Below, piece by piece: positions 8,669 to 18,719 of a stretch of 64,000 nt of DNA. The stretch is from positions 1 through 64,000 of the IMG/VR virus record IMGVR_UViG_3300020468_000003; one strand, written 5' to 3'. The translations under genes were made by a program, and so were the position numbers. This DNA is from a virus. The notes under the pieces are model-generated. The model searched no databases. It saw only the letters and a list, made by a program, of their open reading frames with translations, and was not told the DNA's origin. How positions within the stretch are numbered: position 1 is the stretch's first letter; each line of letters begins with the position of its first letter.

Positions 8669-10846
8669 TTAAACGTTACCGATTACTTCTTCAAATGAAA
8701 CACCTGTTCTAGTTGCAACAAATGTTAGACCAATGAAGTTAATTGATCTTGCTGGTTTGATAAAGATGTCAGCGACGAATTCGTTTGAATCAATAACTGC
8801 TGCAGTATTGTTTGTCTGATCGCAAACAACAACATAGTCTGTAATTCCACGCTTTGCTTGAACATCGCGTAAGAATGGTTCAACTATATTTACAAAGTTA
8901 GTTCTTGTAATTTCATCGTTAAACTCAAATAATTGATCTTTGGCAGCAGCTGAGATTGCATCTTCTAAGAAGAGGAATAAACGACGAACGTTAATTCTGT
9001 CGAATGCTGATGCTCTGGCAAGACCAGTCTTGTCACCGAATAGGATAATTCCGTCTCCTGGTGAGAAGATTACGGGGTTAACTCTGTTACTATACAGAAC
9101 ATCCCTTTGAGATTTTGTAGGATTATACGCTAGTTTGATAGCATTGAGGATTGAACCTCTTGCTGTTCCCGCAGGTGAGAACCAGGGGAAGTTATTAATA
9201 TCGTTTCTAGCACAGATACCTGCGATGTCTCCATTTAGAGGTACATATCTAAATGTATTTGCAAACCTATCATACATGTATTTGTATCCACTGTCAAATA
9301 CAGCGTAACTTGATGAAGGTAATGGTGCAAAGAATGATACTACATTGTCTGTAATTGTATTAGCAGAGTTTATAGTATTAGTTGTATTATCAGCTGATTC
9401 TGATAAAAAAGCACCTCTATATGGTGATATGAACGCAATTGCGTCTTTTCTAAGTTCAGCAACTGAAATAAGTTTAGATGCTAAACCTTGTGCTGCTTCT
9501 TTTCCATAACTTGCAGATCCTTGAATTAGGAAGTCAACGTCATATTCTTCGGTGTTACCAAGAATATCATAACCTCCATTGATATCTGCTTTAGTTGAAT
9601 CTAAAGCACCTGCGGTTCCAATACCAGATGAATAATCGTAGTTGAAACCTTTTGAAAGAGTGAATGTCTGATTTCCAGCTGCTGAGAAGATTATATCTTC
9701 TGCAGGTTGATCCCAAGCATCATCTCCTTGTAATGTAAATCCAGAACTGTATCCAGTAGTTGTTATACCCGCAGGTGCACTACCACCAAAGATAAATTCT
9801 GAGTTGTTATAAAGATATTTTCTCCAGTAAGAAGGACTTCCTGCTGAGAATACTGCGTCATCTGCCTTAGAAAGACTTAGATGCTTCTCAAGAACAGTAC
9901 CAACAGTTCCTGTTACAGATCCGTTTCCATCAAAAACAATAACATGGACTTCATCATTCTTAGACTTTCTAGATTCAGCGAATGAAGAAGTTCCTGGTCT
10001 TCCTGCTAAAGCATTCCACTTATAAGTTATTGTTGAAATACCTGTTGAACTGATGTTAACTGTTTGAGTATCGAACCAGTCTACTGCAGTGTCATAATTT
10101 TTAGTTGCGTAAGCACTAGAATATCCATTTGTATGAACTCCTACTGTTCCACTACTATCAAACTGCCATGTTCCCCCTGCAGTGTAGTCTACTTCAACTT
10201 CATCTCCGTTTGGATCAATGTAAGAATTAACCTTAACTTTGACTGAACTATTTCCTGCACCAACTTCAGTAACTATACCTTTAAGGTAATATCCAGTTAA
10301 CTGTGTTGTTGTTCCTGCACCAATTAATACTTTAGTATCAAGTCCTTGTGTTACACCATATCCAACTACAACATCAGCGAACTCTCCGCTTAATGTTTGG
10401 TCAGCAAGTGAATCAATTATTGCTACTTGAATACCATTCGCCCAAGAACCTGGATTTCTAGCGGCTACCACTACATTTCCAATTGTGTTCTCGTCGTATG
10501 TTTTTGTTACGTAATCTTCAGTACTGTTAATAGTAATACTACTTGCAGTTCCTGCTAGTGCGTTTGTTAAATTATCTCCCGATGCCCTTACTACTCGCAA
10601 ACCGCCACCATACGCTAAGTATGATGATGCGGTAAGCCAGTGCTCATAGTGCTTATCGATAGCAGCAGGTTCCCCAAAAATATCTACTAGTTGCTGTTCT
10701 GTGCTCACCAATGTTGGTAAGTTAACAGGACCTTTTGGGAAAGGTGCTACAATTGCTCCAATTTTATCCGTTGTTGGATCAATTCGACCACTAGTAAGAT
10801 CAACTTCTCTTACTAGTATCCCTGGAGATGCTAAATTTAGTGGCAT
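8669..10846 (-). CDS. g18: Tail sheath protein gp18
   Basis: LASPG..VREVDLT, PWFSPAG..RG, FGDKT, AFDRINVRRLF, IKPARSINFI.L.FVATRTG. Confidence 0.98.
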   Translation of the reverse strand: MPLNLASPGILVREVDLTSGRIDPTTDKIGAIVAPFPKGPVNLPTLVSTEQQLVDIFGEPAAIDKHYEHWLTASSYLAYGGGLRVVRASGDNLTNALAGTASSITINSTEDYVTKTYDENTIGNVVVAARNPGSWANGIQVAIIDSLADQTLSGEFADVVVGYGVTQGLDTKVLIGAGTTTQLTGYYLKGIVTEVGAGNSSVKVKVNSYIDPNGDEVEVDYTAGGTWQFDSSGTVGVHTNGYSSAYATKNYDTAVDWFDTQTVNISSTGISTITYKWNALAGRPGTSSFAESRKSKNDEVHVIVFDGNGSVTGTVGTVLEKHLSLSKADDAVFSAGSPSYWRKYLYNNSEFIFGGSAPAGITTTGYSSGFTLQGDDAWDQPAEDIIFSAAGNQTFTLSKGFNYDYSSGIGTAGALDSTKADINGGYDILGNTEEYDVDFLIQGSASYGKEAAQGLASKLISVAELRKDAIAFISPYRGAFLSESADNTTNTINSANTITDNVVSFFAPLPSSSYAVFDSGYKYMYDRFANTFRYVPLNGDIAGICARNDINNFPWFSPAGTARGSILNAIKLAYNPTKSQRDVLYSNRVNPVIFSPGDGIILFGDKTGLARASAFDRINVRRLFLFLEDAISAAAKDQLFEFNDEITRTNFVNIVEPFLRDVQAKRGITDYVVVCDQTNNTAAVIDSNEFVADIFIKPARSINFIGLTFVATRTGVSFEEVIGNV

Positions 10847-10924
10847 CTTGTGTTCTCCGAATCCAGAATTATACTGAAATTATTTATTGAAAAGTATATT
10901 TACAACGGGGAAACCCTGCGTGAA

Positions 10925-11146
10925 CTACCAATCTGGATACTCCCATTTGTTACTAATCTTCTTTTTCGACCTTTTAACTCTTATTTTTGTGCAATCCTTA
11001 CATTCATAAGAATATGAAGATAAAGTAGTTCTATTCTTACGTGTTAGATAAAATTCTTGTACAAGATCTTTCGTTTCTCCACATACACGACATTTTCTTT
11101 CAGTGAATAGTAAATGATCTAAACTAATTTCACTATCAAAGTCCAT
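10925..11146 (-). CDS. Small CxxC...CxxC zinc-binding protein
   Basis: CRVCGETK...EFY...YECKDC. Confidence 0.7.
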   Translation of the reverse strand: MDFDSEISLDHLLFTERKCRVCGETKDLVQEFYLTRKNRTTLSSYSYECKDCTKIRVKRSKKKISNKWEYPDW

Positions 11147-11430
11147 TATAAAACCTGAATTACTCCTACCACTTCAGGAAATGTTTGAACTAAGTGTTTC
11201 TCAATACCCATTTTTAATGTTTGTGCACTCATTGCACAGGTTTCGCATGCACCAGATAATCTTACTTTTACTATAGCTGCCTCTTCATTCTTCTTGACAC
11301 CATAATAATCCCTAATTGCTTCTTCCAAATTATCTTCAATTTCCACAAACTCCAAATATCCACCATCTGCTTCCACATATGGTCTCAATTCATCTAATGC
11401 TTCATTTACTTCTGTTGGACTTGGAATCAT
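11146..11430 (-). CDS. NifU/Nfu-domain Fe-S cluster scaffold-like protein
   Basis: VNEALDELRPYVEADGG.LE.V...VKVRLSGACETC.MS..TLKMGIE..L...PEV matches the NifU C-terminal domain with CxxC. Confidence 0.88.
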   Translation of the reverse strand: MIPSPTEVNEALDELRPYVEADGGYLEFVEIEDNLEEAIRDYYGVKKNEEAAIVKVRLSGACETCAMSAQTLKMGIEKHLVQTFPEVVGVIQVL

Positions 11431-11560
11431 AAATCTTTTCCTCTCTTCTTATATATTCTAACCTAATTCCTTTATGTTGCAACAAAATCCTCTTTGCTTC
11501 CGTCATCTTTCGATGATAAAAAACAATAGGTTGCTCGTGTAATCCTGAGTCACCACTCAT
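11402..11560 (-). CDS. Small hypothetical protein (52 aa)
   Basis: Manual translation MSGDSGLHEQPIVFYHRKMTEAKRILLQHKG...; GGAGG RBS. Confidence 0.65.
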   Translation of the reverse strand: MSGDSGLHEQPIVFYHRKMTEAKRILLQHKGIRLEYIRREEKIYDSKSNRSK

Positions 11561-11604
11561 AAATCCTCCGTTGTAAAGTACTTTTATATGTTCTTCTTTC
11601 TTTC

Positions 11605-11633
11605 AGTTTATCATATAACTTTAATATTTACAA
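11605..11633 (-). promoter_or_regulatory. Sigma70-type promoter for the small ORF / NifU-like unit
   Basis: TTGTAA, 17 bp spacer, TGA-TAAACT. Confidence 0.55.
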
Positions 11634-11670
11634 ATTTTATATTCTCTTTATACTTTATTTTGTTACATAT

Positions 11671-12045
11671 CTAAGTTCTGAAAAGCATTATCTGGTAATT
11701 TAACCATCTTTCAAAATTTACCATTCTAATCCAAATCCAATCCCAAACCATCGTATAATATTGATTTATGTATAATCCAAATAAATCAATCTGCTTGAAT
11801 ATTGGTGTAACTCTATAATCAAATTCTGCTTGAGGTCCAGTATCATATTTTATTTCTTCATCACAAAACTGTTTACTAACTGCACCTTCTTTTACTAACT
11901 TTGCACACAATTCTCTTTTATCAAAAATTTCATACTGTCTTTCTCTCCATCCAGTATAAACACCAGAAACATTACTGTATACAATTAAAGGTACTGCAAA
12001 TGCAACAGTAAAATTAACATATGCTTTTTTTAATTTCTTAAACAT
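11671..12045 (-). CDS. Hypothetical protein with an N-terminal hydrophobic segment
   Basis: ORF track 11671..12060; the ATG at 12045 overlaps the g17 stop (TAATG) and is the more likely start. Confidence 0.65.
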   Translation of the reverse strand: MFKKLKKAYVNFTVAFAVPLIVYSNVSGVYTGWRERQYEIFDKRELCAKLVKEGAVSKQFCDEEIKYDTGPQAEFDYRVTPIFKQIDLFGLYINQYYTMVWDWIWIRMVNFERWLNYQIMLFRT

Positions 12046-13724
12046 TACATATAATCCCACATAAATGAGTTATCTCCATACTCATCTGTGTTCCATTCTT
12101 TAGTTTGCATCGGATTTTCTTTAGTCCACACATCTCCACCTTCTACAATAGGAGACATATCATCTAACCCATCATTAATAAATCCAAAAGGTGCCATGTC
12201 CTGTTCTATCTGGTCTCTCTGATCTTCATATATCCTCTTTCTTACATCATTATCAGTCATTTCCTTGAAATAATCTTGGGCAACTAACCAAGAAAATATA
12301 ACCATACACATTGCTAGATCATCATTACAACCCTCCTCTGCCATAAATGAGTTGTTTCTTTGAATAAAAGTAGTTAATTCTGATATGATTTCGTAATCAG
12401 ATACTAGTAGTTTATCATCCTCAATCAGTGTTTTCAGGTTTGAGCACCCTAATTTTTTAACTGCCTGAGACATTCTTACACCAAGTTGGGATTTTTTGCC
12501 AGAAAAACCTGCTCCAACTACTTGTCCATTTCTTCCTCTCATAGAACACATAAGAAGATTGTCATATTCTAAATCAAAATGAAGAATACTTGCTACTTGA
12601 TCTCCAATATCATTAACTTCTACCAATAAGAAGGCACCATTGTATGCTTTGCCCACTTCATTTATGATATTAGGGTATAACATTGGTTTAATTTCATTAT
12701 TTCTATACTTACCTACTATCTTATAGGGGAATTTAGTTATATCATAAATGATAAATGCCGAGTAATCGTTACCAATTCCACGGGCAACATCTATAGTCAT
12801 GAGATAATTAGATTCTTCTTTTGGGTGTTCATATATGTCTAAACCATTATGTCTCTTTATAGGTTCATGATAAACAAGACTTTTTAACTTATCAGGTCTT
12901 ATAAGAGTACCTACTGATCCTAGAAATTCGCATTCAAATTCAATTTTGAATTGTTGTTCAGAAGTATTTGCTATTGTTTGCTCTTTCCACGCATCATCTC
13001 TACCTGGTACTTCAGACCAATGAACTTCTGTTGGGATATAATCACTTTTACCTTTTTCTGCATCATGCCACATACGATAAAAATGATTCATACCTTTAGG
13101 GGTAGAAACAATAATTACTTTAGTGCTTTGTCCAGATGTAATAGTAGGATATACAGACGCAAAGAAATCATCCGCAATATGATTTGGTATGAATGCAAAT
13201 TCGTCTAAGAATATAACGTTATAAGATCCACCACGAACAGCAGATGATGATGTAGAGTTTGCTGATATTTTTGATCCATTCTCTAATTCTAAGGAACCTT
13301 TATTCCATGCAATAATACCTTGTTGCATCCAAGTTGGTAAATTTTCATATGCTAATTGAAGTCTACCTAATAAATCTCTGGCAGTAGAGGCTTTGTTTGC
13401 CAATATTGCAACATTAACATTATCATTGAATACTGCATAATGAAGTAAATATGATACACAAGTAGTAGATTTACCTGTCTGCCGAGGCATTTTACAGATG
13501 TTAAATCTATTATCGTGAAAGTTTTCTAGTAACTTCTGCTGAAATGGATACAATTTAAAGGGTTGTAGTCCATGATCAAGAGTTACTATTTTTATATAAT
13601 TCTTTGCAAAATATACGGGATCTTCTCTACATTTTATAAACTCAACTATTTGATCTTCAGTAAAGTTTATAGGAGTATTTGCTTTTTTCAGATTTGGATT
13701 ACCCAAATATACATTATCACTCAT
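12045..13724 (-). CDS. g17: Terminase large subunit gp17
   Basis: YLGNPNLK, PRQTGKST (Walker A), IFLDEFAF (Walker B), IIVSTP.G.NHFY, DVARG.G.DYSAF, DDL.M. Confidence 0.99.
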   Translation of the reverse strand: MSDNVYLGNPNLKKANTPINFTEDQIVEFIKCREDPVYFAKNYIKIVTLDHGLQPFKLYPFQQKLLENFHDNRFNICKMPRQTGKSTTCVSYLLHYAVFNDNVNVAILANKASTARDLLGRLQLAYENLPTWMQQGIIAWNKGSLELENGSKISANSTSSSAVRGGSYNVIFLDEFAFIPNHIADDFFASVYPTITSGQSTKVIIVSTPKGMNHFYRMWHDAEKGKSDYIPTEVHWSEVPGRDDAWKEQTIANTSEQQFKIEFECEFLGSVGTLIRPDKLKSLVYHEPIKRHNGLDIYEHPKEESNYLMTIDVARGIGNDYSAFIIYDITKFPYKIVGKYRNNEIKPMLYPNIINEVGKAYNGAFLLVEVNDIGDQVASILHFDLEYDNLLMCSMRGRNGQVVGAGFSGKKSQLGVRMSQAVKKLGCSNLKTLIEDDKLLVSDYEIISELTTFIQRNNSFMAEEGCNDDLAMCMVIFSWLVAQDYFKEMTDNDVRKRIYEDQRDQIEQDMAPFGFINDGLDDMSPIVEGGDVWTKENPMQTKEWNTDEYGDNSFMWDYM

Positions 13725-13732
13725 AGTTTCTC

Positions 13733-13918
13733 CTATGTCATCTCATAAGGAAGATCTCTTGCAGGTTTACTCTTCGGAAGCAAACCGCTAGAAGTTTTAT
13801 CGTGTTCTAAGGTTTGTTGTGCAAGATCTACCATTTTCTCCAAGTTTTGAATCCTTTTTTCAAGATTCTTCACTTTGGGGTCCTGTCCATCGTTGCCAGA
13901 TTGTATTTTCTTGTCCAA
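13733..13918 (-). CDS. Small coiled-coil hypothetical protein
   Basis: In the frame of track ORF 13733..13975; likely TTG start at 13918 with GGAG 8 nt upstream. Confidence 0.5.
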   Translation of the reverse strand: MDKKIQSGNDGQDPKVKNLEKRIQNLEKMVDLAQQTLEHDKTSSGLLPKSKPARDLPYEMT

Positions 13919-14381
13919 GTTTTGTTCTCCAGTCGTAATGCGATAACTGAAGTTTCTCACTTGCAATAAGGTCACTGCCTATTCCTTTTGAAGGTTTTAG
14001 GGGTTCGTTTGGAATAACATCAATGAAATCTGCATAATGTTTACCATTAGCATCTTCTATAGAAACAGAATTAATATCTTCTTTTTGCATGTAATTAGAT
14101 GCAGAATCCATTTTATCTGTTGATGTTGTTATCTTTGCTTGAACCCAAGCAGGTATATTTTTTTCCTTCTTACCTAATGCTTTTTTAAGTTTGGCAACAT
14201 TTCTCTCAGTTCTAGATAACTGCCTTTGTGCCATTGAAACTTCGTGATCTTTGTTCTCCTTTCCTTCGGAGACATCTTTTTTGACTAACAATCCATCGGG
14301 TTGTACCATGCTACCCTCTGGAATTGGCTTACATTTTTCATCGGTATTACAGTAGTAATATCCATCCTTACAAGATTTCAT
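13860..14381 (-). CDS. Hypothetical late protein (N-terminal Cys motif), possibly head-internal
   Basis: MKSCKDGYYYCNTDEKCKP...DHEVSMA..QL...PAWVQAKIT; lies between g16 and g17. Confidence 0.75.
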   Translation of the reverse strand: MKSCKDGYYYCNTDEKCKPIPEGSMVQPDGLLVKKDVSEGKENKDHEVSMAQRQLSRTERNVAKLKKALGKKEKNIPAWVQAKITTSTDKMDSASNYMQKEDINSVSIEDANGKHYADFIDVIPNEPLKPSKGIGSDLIASEKLQLSHYDWRTKLGQENTIWQRWTGPQSEES

Positions 14382-14389
14382 ATGTAAGT

Positions 14390-14827
14390 TTAAGCGTCTG
14401 ATGCTTTATTATTTATCATTCCTTGCTTTAGTAACTTAGAAAGATCGGAAGTTGAACCCACATACAAGGCATTATTTGTTACATTATTTGTAGTGGTTTT
14501 AGGAGAATCTTGTTCAATATCTTTAATTTTTTTCTGTAAATCAATCAATTTATCTGTAGTGTCTGCAACACTTTTGATTAATTGTCCTGCAACTTCGTAT
14601 GCTCTAGCACTAGCACCTTCCTCTGCTACTTCCATAATACCGTTTATTGCTTCTTGCCCCTTTTCAATTAAAGAATATAAATTACCTCTAGTATATTCAT
14701 AGTCTTTTTGGATATCTTTATCCTCAGATTTTTTAGTTTTTAATATCTTCAACTCTTTAGGTTCTTCTTTCACGATGTCAGAAGCAGTGTTAAGAGCATC
14801 ATTTAAATCTTCAAATTGATCTTTCAT
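14390..14827 (-). CDS. g16: Terminase small subunit gp16
   Basis: DYEYTRGNLYSLIEKGQEAI...RAYEVAGQLIK.VAD..DKL.DLQKK...NNALYVGST. Confidence 0.93.
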   Translation of the reverse strand: MKDQFEDLNDALNTASDIVKEEPKELKILKTKKSEDKDIQKDYEYTRGNLYSLIEKGQEAINGIMEVAEEGASARAYEVAGQLIKSVADTTDKLIDLQKKIKDIEQDSPKTTTNNVTNNALYVGSTSDLSKLLKQGMINNKASDA

Positions 14828-15649
14828 TTACTTTCCGTCCTGAAAGAACTCTAATCCTTCAGAGAATCCAAAATCATCTCCAGGACCAACTAATGCATCA
14901 TCAACTGTATCTATAACATTATCTGCATTTAAATCAGTTGTTGCTTTAGGAGTAACAGTATACCTCATTTCTCTCTTTGCAGTTGCAGGATTGGTCTGAG
15001 TGTAAGTATCGACTTGAACTTTCTTGATAAGACCTTCTGCATTATCAGCAATTTTACCGAATAGATATGTCTTAGCAGTAAAGTTTAAAGTATAAATTAG
15101 TGCTCTTCTGGTAGAAAAATCTCCTTCATAATCATCTACAAAAGATACACCATTCAAAACTATAGGAATATCTCTCTTTTCTCCGATAGCACTAACAAGG
15201 TCTATAGTTACATTAAGAGATGGTTGAAAGAATGGTAATATTTGTTCTACAATCTGTAAAGCATCATCATTTAACTTACAATATATGTTTAATTCAAATC
15301 CAACGTCGTAAGGGACAGGCATAAAAACTTTTCTCATAGTTGAAGATGCTGTATCAACTGCTTTAAAGGTTGATGTCATTCCTGTTTTTCTAGTTCCATC
15401 ATATGTTAAGGATGTCATTTCAAAAGACATTCTTGGTAAAGATATTGCTACTGCCTTGTTTAATTGTGATTGTTGTGTAAGTCTTGCTAAAAATTTCTGT
15501 CTTGGAGCATATGCTAATGGAACTCTCAGTTCATCAATAACATTCCCCGTCTGTCCATCATAATGCTTAATATAAATTTGATTGAACAATGTTCCGAAAG
15601 ATACAATGGTCTTTCGCATTATTTCGTGGTAGTAATGACTTCCTAACAT
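14828..15649 (-). CDS. g15: Tail sheath stabilizer / completion protein gp15
   Basis: YHEI.RK.IV.FGTLFN, VPLAY.P..KFLARL, LPRMSFE, QI.EQILP.FQP. Confidence 0.95.
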   Translation of the reverse strand: MLGSHYYHEIMRKTIVSFGTLFNQIYIKHYDGQTGNVIDELRVPLAYAPRQKFLARLTQQSQLNKAVAISLPRMSFEMTSLTYDGTRKTGMTSTFKAVDTASSTMRKVFMPVPYDVGFELNIYCKLNDDALQIVEQILPFFQPSLNVTIDLVSAIGEKRDIPIVLNGVSFVDDYEGDFSTRRALIYTLNFTAKTYLFGKIADNAEGLIKKVQVDTYTQTNPATAKREMRYTVTPKATTDLNADNVIDTVDDALVGPGDDFGFSEGLEFFQDGK

Positions 15650-18600
15650 TAAACGTCACCAAATGGGTTAACTTCTGTAAAATCTAAAATCATATCTGCT
15701 TCTCCTTCAAATAGATCATTTTGATCATATGAATCTATATTCTCAACTGAACCAGCTGCAGGTACTTCTGAGAGTAGCATATACTTATCTAAAACATATA
15801 TAGCACCCGAAGACTGTCCAATAATATTCTCTCCCGCAAAGAATGTTCCATTTTCTTGTCCAACTTGAAGCACTCCTTCATCCTGATCCCAGTTCTTAAC
15901 TCTTGCACTTATGCTAGAACTTGCACCAATAACCACCTCATTAAACCAGAATGTTCCTATTCCTGCATTTCCTGCGAGTGCAGCTGGATCTTGTACTAAC
16001 ACTGTGCAAGGTCCAAGATAACCTGCACCTGGACTGGTGATATGAATACTTTCAATGTCGTTAGCTGCTGCATCAAGAACAACGACACCAGTAGCAGTTC
16101 CAAATCCAGAGACACCATCTCTATCTCCAATAGTATTAGCAATACTTACTGTAGGTGGTACGGTATATCCAATACCTGTTTTAGTAAATGTTATGCTAGT
16201 AATTGCTCCAGAAGCATCAACATTTCCATATCCTTCTGCTGTTTGCCCAAGTGGAGCATCAATAGTTACACTAGGAGCAGATAGATATCCTCCACCCATA
16301 GTTAATATTTCAAACTCACTTATTTGCCCATAACCGTTAAGTTTAGCTCTACCAGTTGCTGTAAATTCAGAAGGACTTCCAGTTGCACTAGTAACTCCAA
16401 CAGTTGGGGTAGTTAAGTAACCAGCACCTGAAGATGCAATAGAAACTGTATTTACAAATCCTTCGCTAATAGTTGCTGTTGCTGTTGCTCTGAAATTAGT
16501 TGCAACACCTATTGGTGTGTCTATAACTGCAGAATTTATAGCAGTTACTATTCCAGTTAAAGTAGAACTACTATTAACAAGGGATGCTACTTGTCCAGAT
16601 ACGACAGTTGTATCAATACTTAATTCTTGCTCAGAACCAATCTGATCTTCAAAGTCATCATAAGTTACCGTATTAGAATCTACAGTATAGGATGAAATAC
16701 CACTTGATGGAGGTGTTGATGAAGCAGATCCAATAACTATAGTTGAGAATATATCATCTACAAAAATACCACTATTATATGAGTTCTTCAGAATAGGTGG
16801 TGTTAAATTAGCATTAGTTATTAGTTCTTTGTCTCCTGCTAATGGGAAGAATGTAAATGCATAATCTCCACCATCTACTGATAGAGAAATTTTCTGAGAA
16901 CCAAATTCATTCTTAGATTCTATGTAAGCATAATGCCAAGCATCATCTCTTACAGATCCACCAACAGTAGATGCAATAGATACTGTTCCAATACCCAATT
17001 CAACATTTCCATTGGTGTTAATTCTTAAATTAGTATCCTCTGCTTTACTTCCATTACTATTTTTATTTAATTCTAAGAATGTTGAAACACCTGTTGTAGA
17101 ACTTTGTGTTTTAAAGAATAATTGAACAGCACCTTCAGCACCTATAGTAGTCTGATTACGATGTGTTAAATTTCTATCGCTATCTGCATCGATTAATTTC
17201 CATGCTACTGTTCCAAATCTTGGAGAAGTTGCATCAAATCCTGCAGATAATGTAAGATATTTTATAGTAAGTGTTGGTGGATCTAGATAATATCTACCTG
17301 CACTAGTTAAACTATAAGAGAATGTAGTTATACCTAAGTTAGAGACATAAGATGTATTCGCAGTTGCTGTAGATGCAATTCCTGTGGGAGCATCAACTGT
17401 TAATATTGGGTTTCCAAGGTAGAATTGTCCAGAAGAAGCAATTGATATAGTTTCAAGATTTTCATTTGCATTTACAGTAGCAGTAACGACTGCAGTAGAT
17501 CCAACTCCAGTAGGAGCAGCAATTGTTACAGCAGGTTCTACGCTATATCCTATACCTGCATTATTAACTGAAAGACTTACTAATTTTTCATTAGCAATTG
17601 CTGTATTTGCTGTTGCCTGTACAAGTCCTGAACCAGTTGGAGAAGATATTGTAACTCCAATCTGTCTTTGTGGTGCATAATTGCTTCCCCCACTGCTTAG
17701 AGTTATCCCAGTCACTACATTATTTGCTACTACTGCGGTTCCAGCTGCTCCAGTATAAGTTGGTGACCCGAAGGTTAATAAAGGAACATCTGTGTAACCA
17801 TTTCCAGAAGAAATAACAGTTGCTTTACTTACACCTTGTCTATAAGTCTCAATACCGACAGTTACTGCAGCACCAACACCTCCACCACCAGTAATTGTAA
17901 CCGTCGGTTCTTCTACATATCCTTTACCAGCATCAGTCAATACAATTTCTTTTAGTGATCTACTGCCTCCAACAGATGTTGTAATCGCAACTGCTGTAGC
18001 AGTTCTACCACCACCAGGTGCTGCAGAAAATGTTACTGTTGGTGTTGAATAATATCCATATCCATCATCATTTAGATATATTTGTCTTACATAACCAGTT
18101 TCCATTTGAACACCGATAGTAGCAGTGTTTCCATAACCAATCATCTTAAGATTGATGATCTCTCCAACATTAGATACTTTATTATCAATTGCTTCTATAC
18201 CAGTATCAATAACCTCATTTTCATATTCAAATAATTCACACTGAAGTTCATAAACATAATTCTTTTGTAGTTGGTAGAATGGATTCTCATGTTCTACAAA
18301 TTTTACTTCAAAGAATCTACCACCTAATGGGAAATATATTAAATCCCCTTCTCTAGGTCTATGTGCAAGTTCTGTTTCATACGCATCTCCCATTGCCAAG
18401 AATGGTGCAATATAATCCTCCCATCTTTCCTTAGATATAGTTACTACTAACTCATCTTTGAGTTGCATACCAAATTTGGTTAATACATCTCCACCACCAG
18501 TATATCCTTCATATGTGTTTACATATGCTTCTATTAAAAAATTGTCGTCAAATTCTGAACTTTGTACTTCCTGAAAAACTTCTTTTCTATTCTTTATTTC

Positions 18601-18714
18601 TCTAGGTAAATAATATACCTCAATACCAAACATCCTCAACTGTTCGTTGACGAGATCTTGTACAAGTCTTTGTTCTGATGCAGATCCTTGAAGGAAGAAT
18701 GGATTTAATGGCAT
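15649..18714 (-). CDS. g14: Neck protein gp14 with a large repeat/LamG-like insertion
   Basis: N-terminal EQ.LVQDL..EQL..FG..VYYLPR, RP.EGDLIYFP, FE.KFVEHE.PFYQL; C-terminal DFTE.NPFG; ~700-aa internal insertion of G.GY repeats. Confidence 0.92.
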   Translation of the reverse strand: MPLNPFFLQGSASEQRLVQDLVNEQLRMFGIEVYYLPREIKNRKEVFQEVQSSEFDDNFLIEAYVNTYEGYTGGGDVLTKFGMQLKDELVVTISKERWEDYIAPFLAMGDAYETELAHRPREGDLIYFPLGGRFFEVKFVEHENPFYQLQKNYVYELQCELFEYENEVIDTGIEAIDNKVSNVGEIINLKMIGYGNTATIGVQMETGYVRQIYLNDDGYGYYSTPTVTFSAAPGGGRTATAVAITTSVGGSRSLKEIVLTDAGKGYVEEPTVTITGGGGVGAAVTVGIETYRQGVSKATVISSGNGYTDVPLLTFGSPTYTGAAGTAVVANNVVTGITLSSGGSNYAPQRQIGVTISSPTGSGLVQATANTAIANEKLVSLSVNNAGIGYSVEPAVTIAAPTGVGSTAVVTATVNANENLETISIASSGQFYLGNPILTVDAPTGIASTATANTSYVSNLGITTFSYSLTSAGRYYLDPPTLTIKYLTLSAGFDATSPRFGTVAWKLIDADSDRNLTHRNQTTIGAEGAVQLFFKTQSSTTGVSTFLELNKNSNGSKAEDTNLRINTNGNVELGIGTVSIASTVGGSVRDDAWHYAYIESKNEFGSQKISLSVDGGDYAFTFFPLAGDKELITNANLTPPILKNSYNSGIFVDDIFSTIVIGSASSTPPSSGISSYTVDSNTVTYDDFEDQIGSEQELSIDTTVVSGQVASLVNSSSTLTGIVTAINSAVIDTPIGVATNFRATATATISEGFVNTVSIASSGAGYLTTPTVGVTSATGSPSEFTATGRAKLNGYGQISEFEILTMGGGYLSAPSVTIDAPLGQTAEGYGNVDASGAITSITFTKTGIGYTVPPTVSIANTIGDRDGVSGFGTATGVVVLDAAANDIESIHITSPGAGYLGPCTVLVQDPAALAGNAGIGTFWFNEVVIGASSSISARVKNWDQDEGVLQVGQENGTFFAGENIIGQSSGAIYVLDKYMLLSEVPAAGSVENIDSYDQNDLFEGEADMILDFTEVNPFGDV

Positions 18715-18719
18715 TTATC

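Noticed and set aside
12045-13724. Intein or intron in the terminase or other core genes
   Set aside because: gp17, gp20 and gp23 are of normal length and continuous, and no splicing motifs were seen.
13733-14381. Programmed frameshift joining the two overlapping ORFs
   Set aside because: A TTG start at 13918 with a GGAG RBS explains the downstream ORF, and there is no convincing slippery site with a stimulatory structure.
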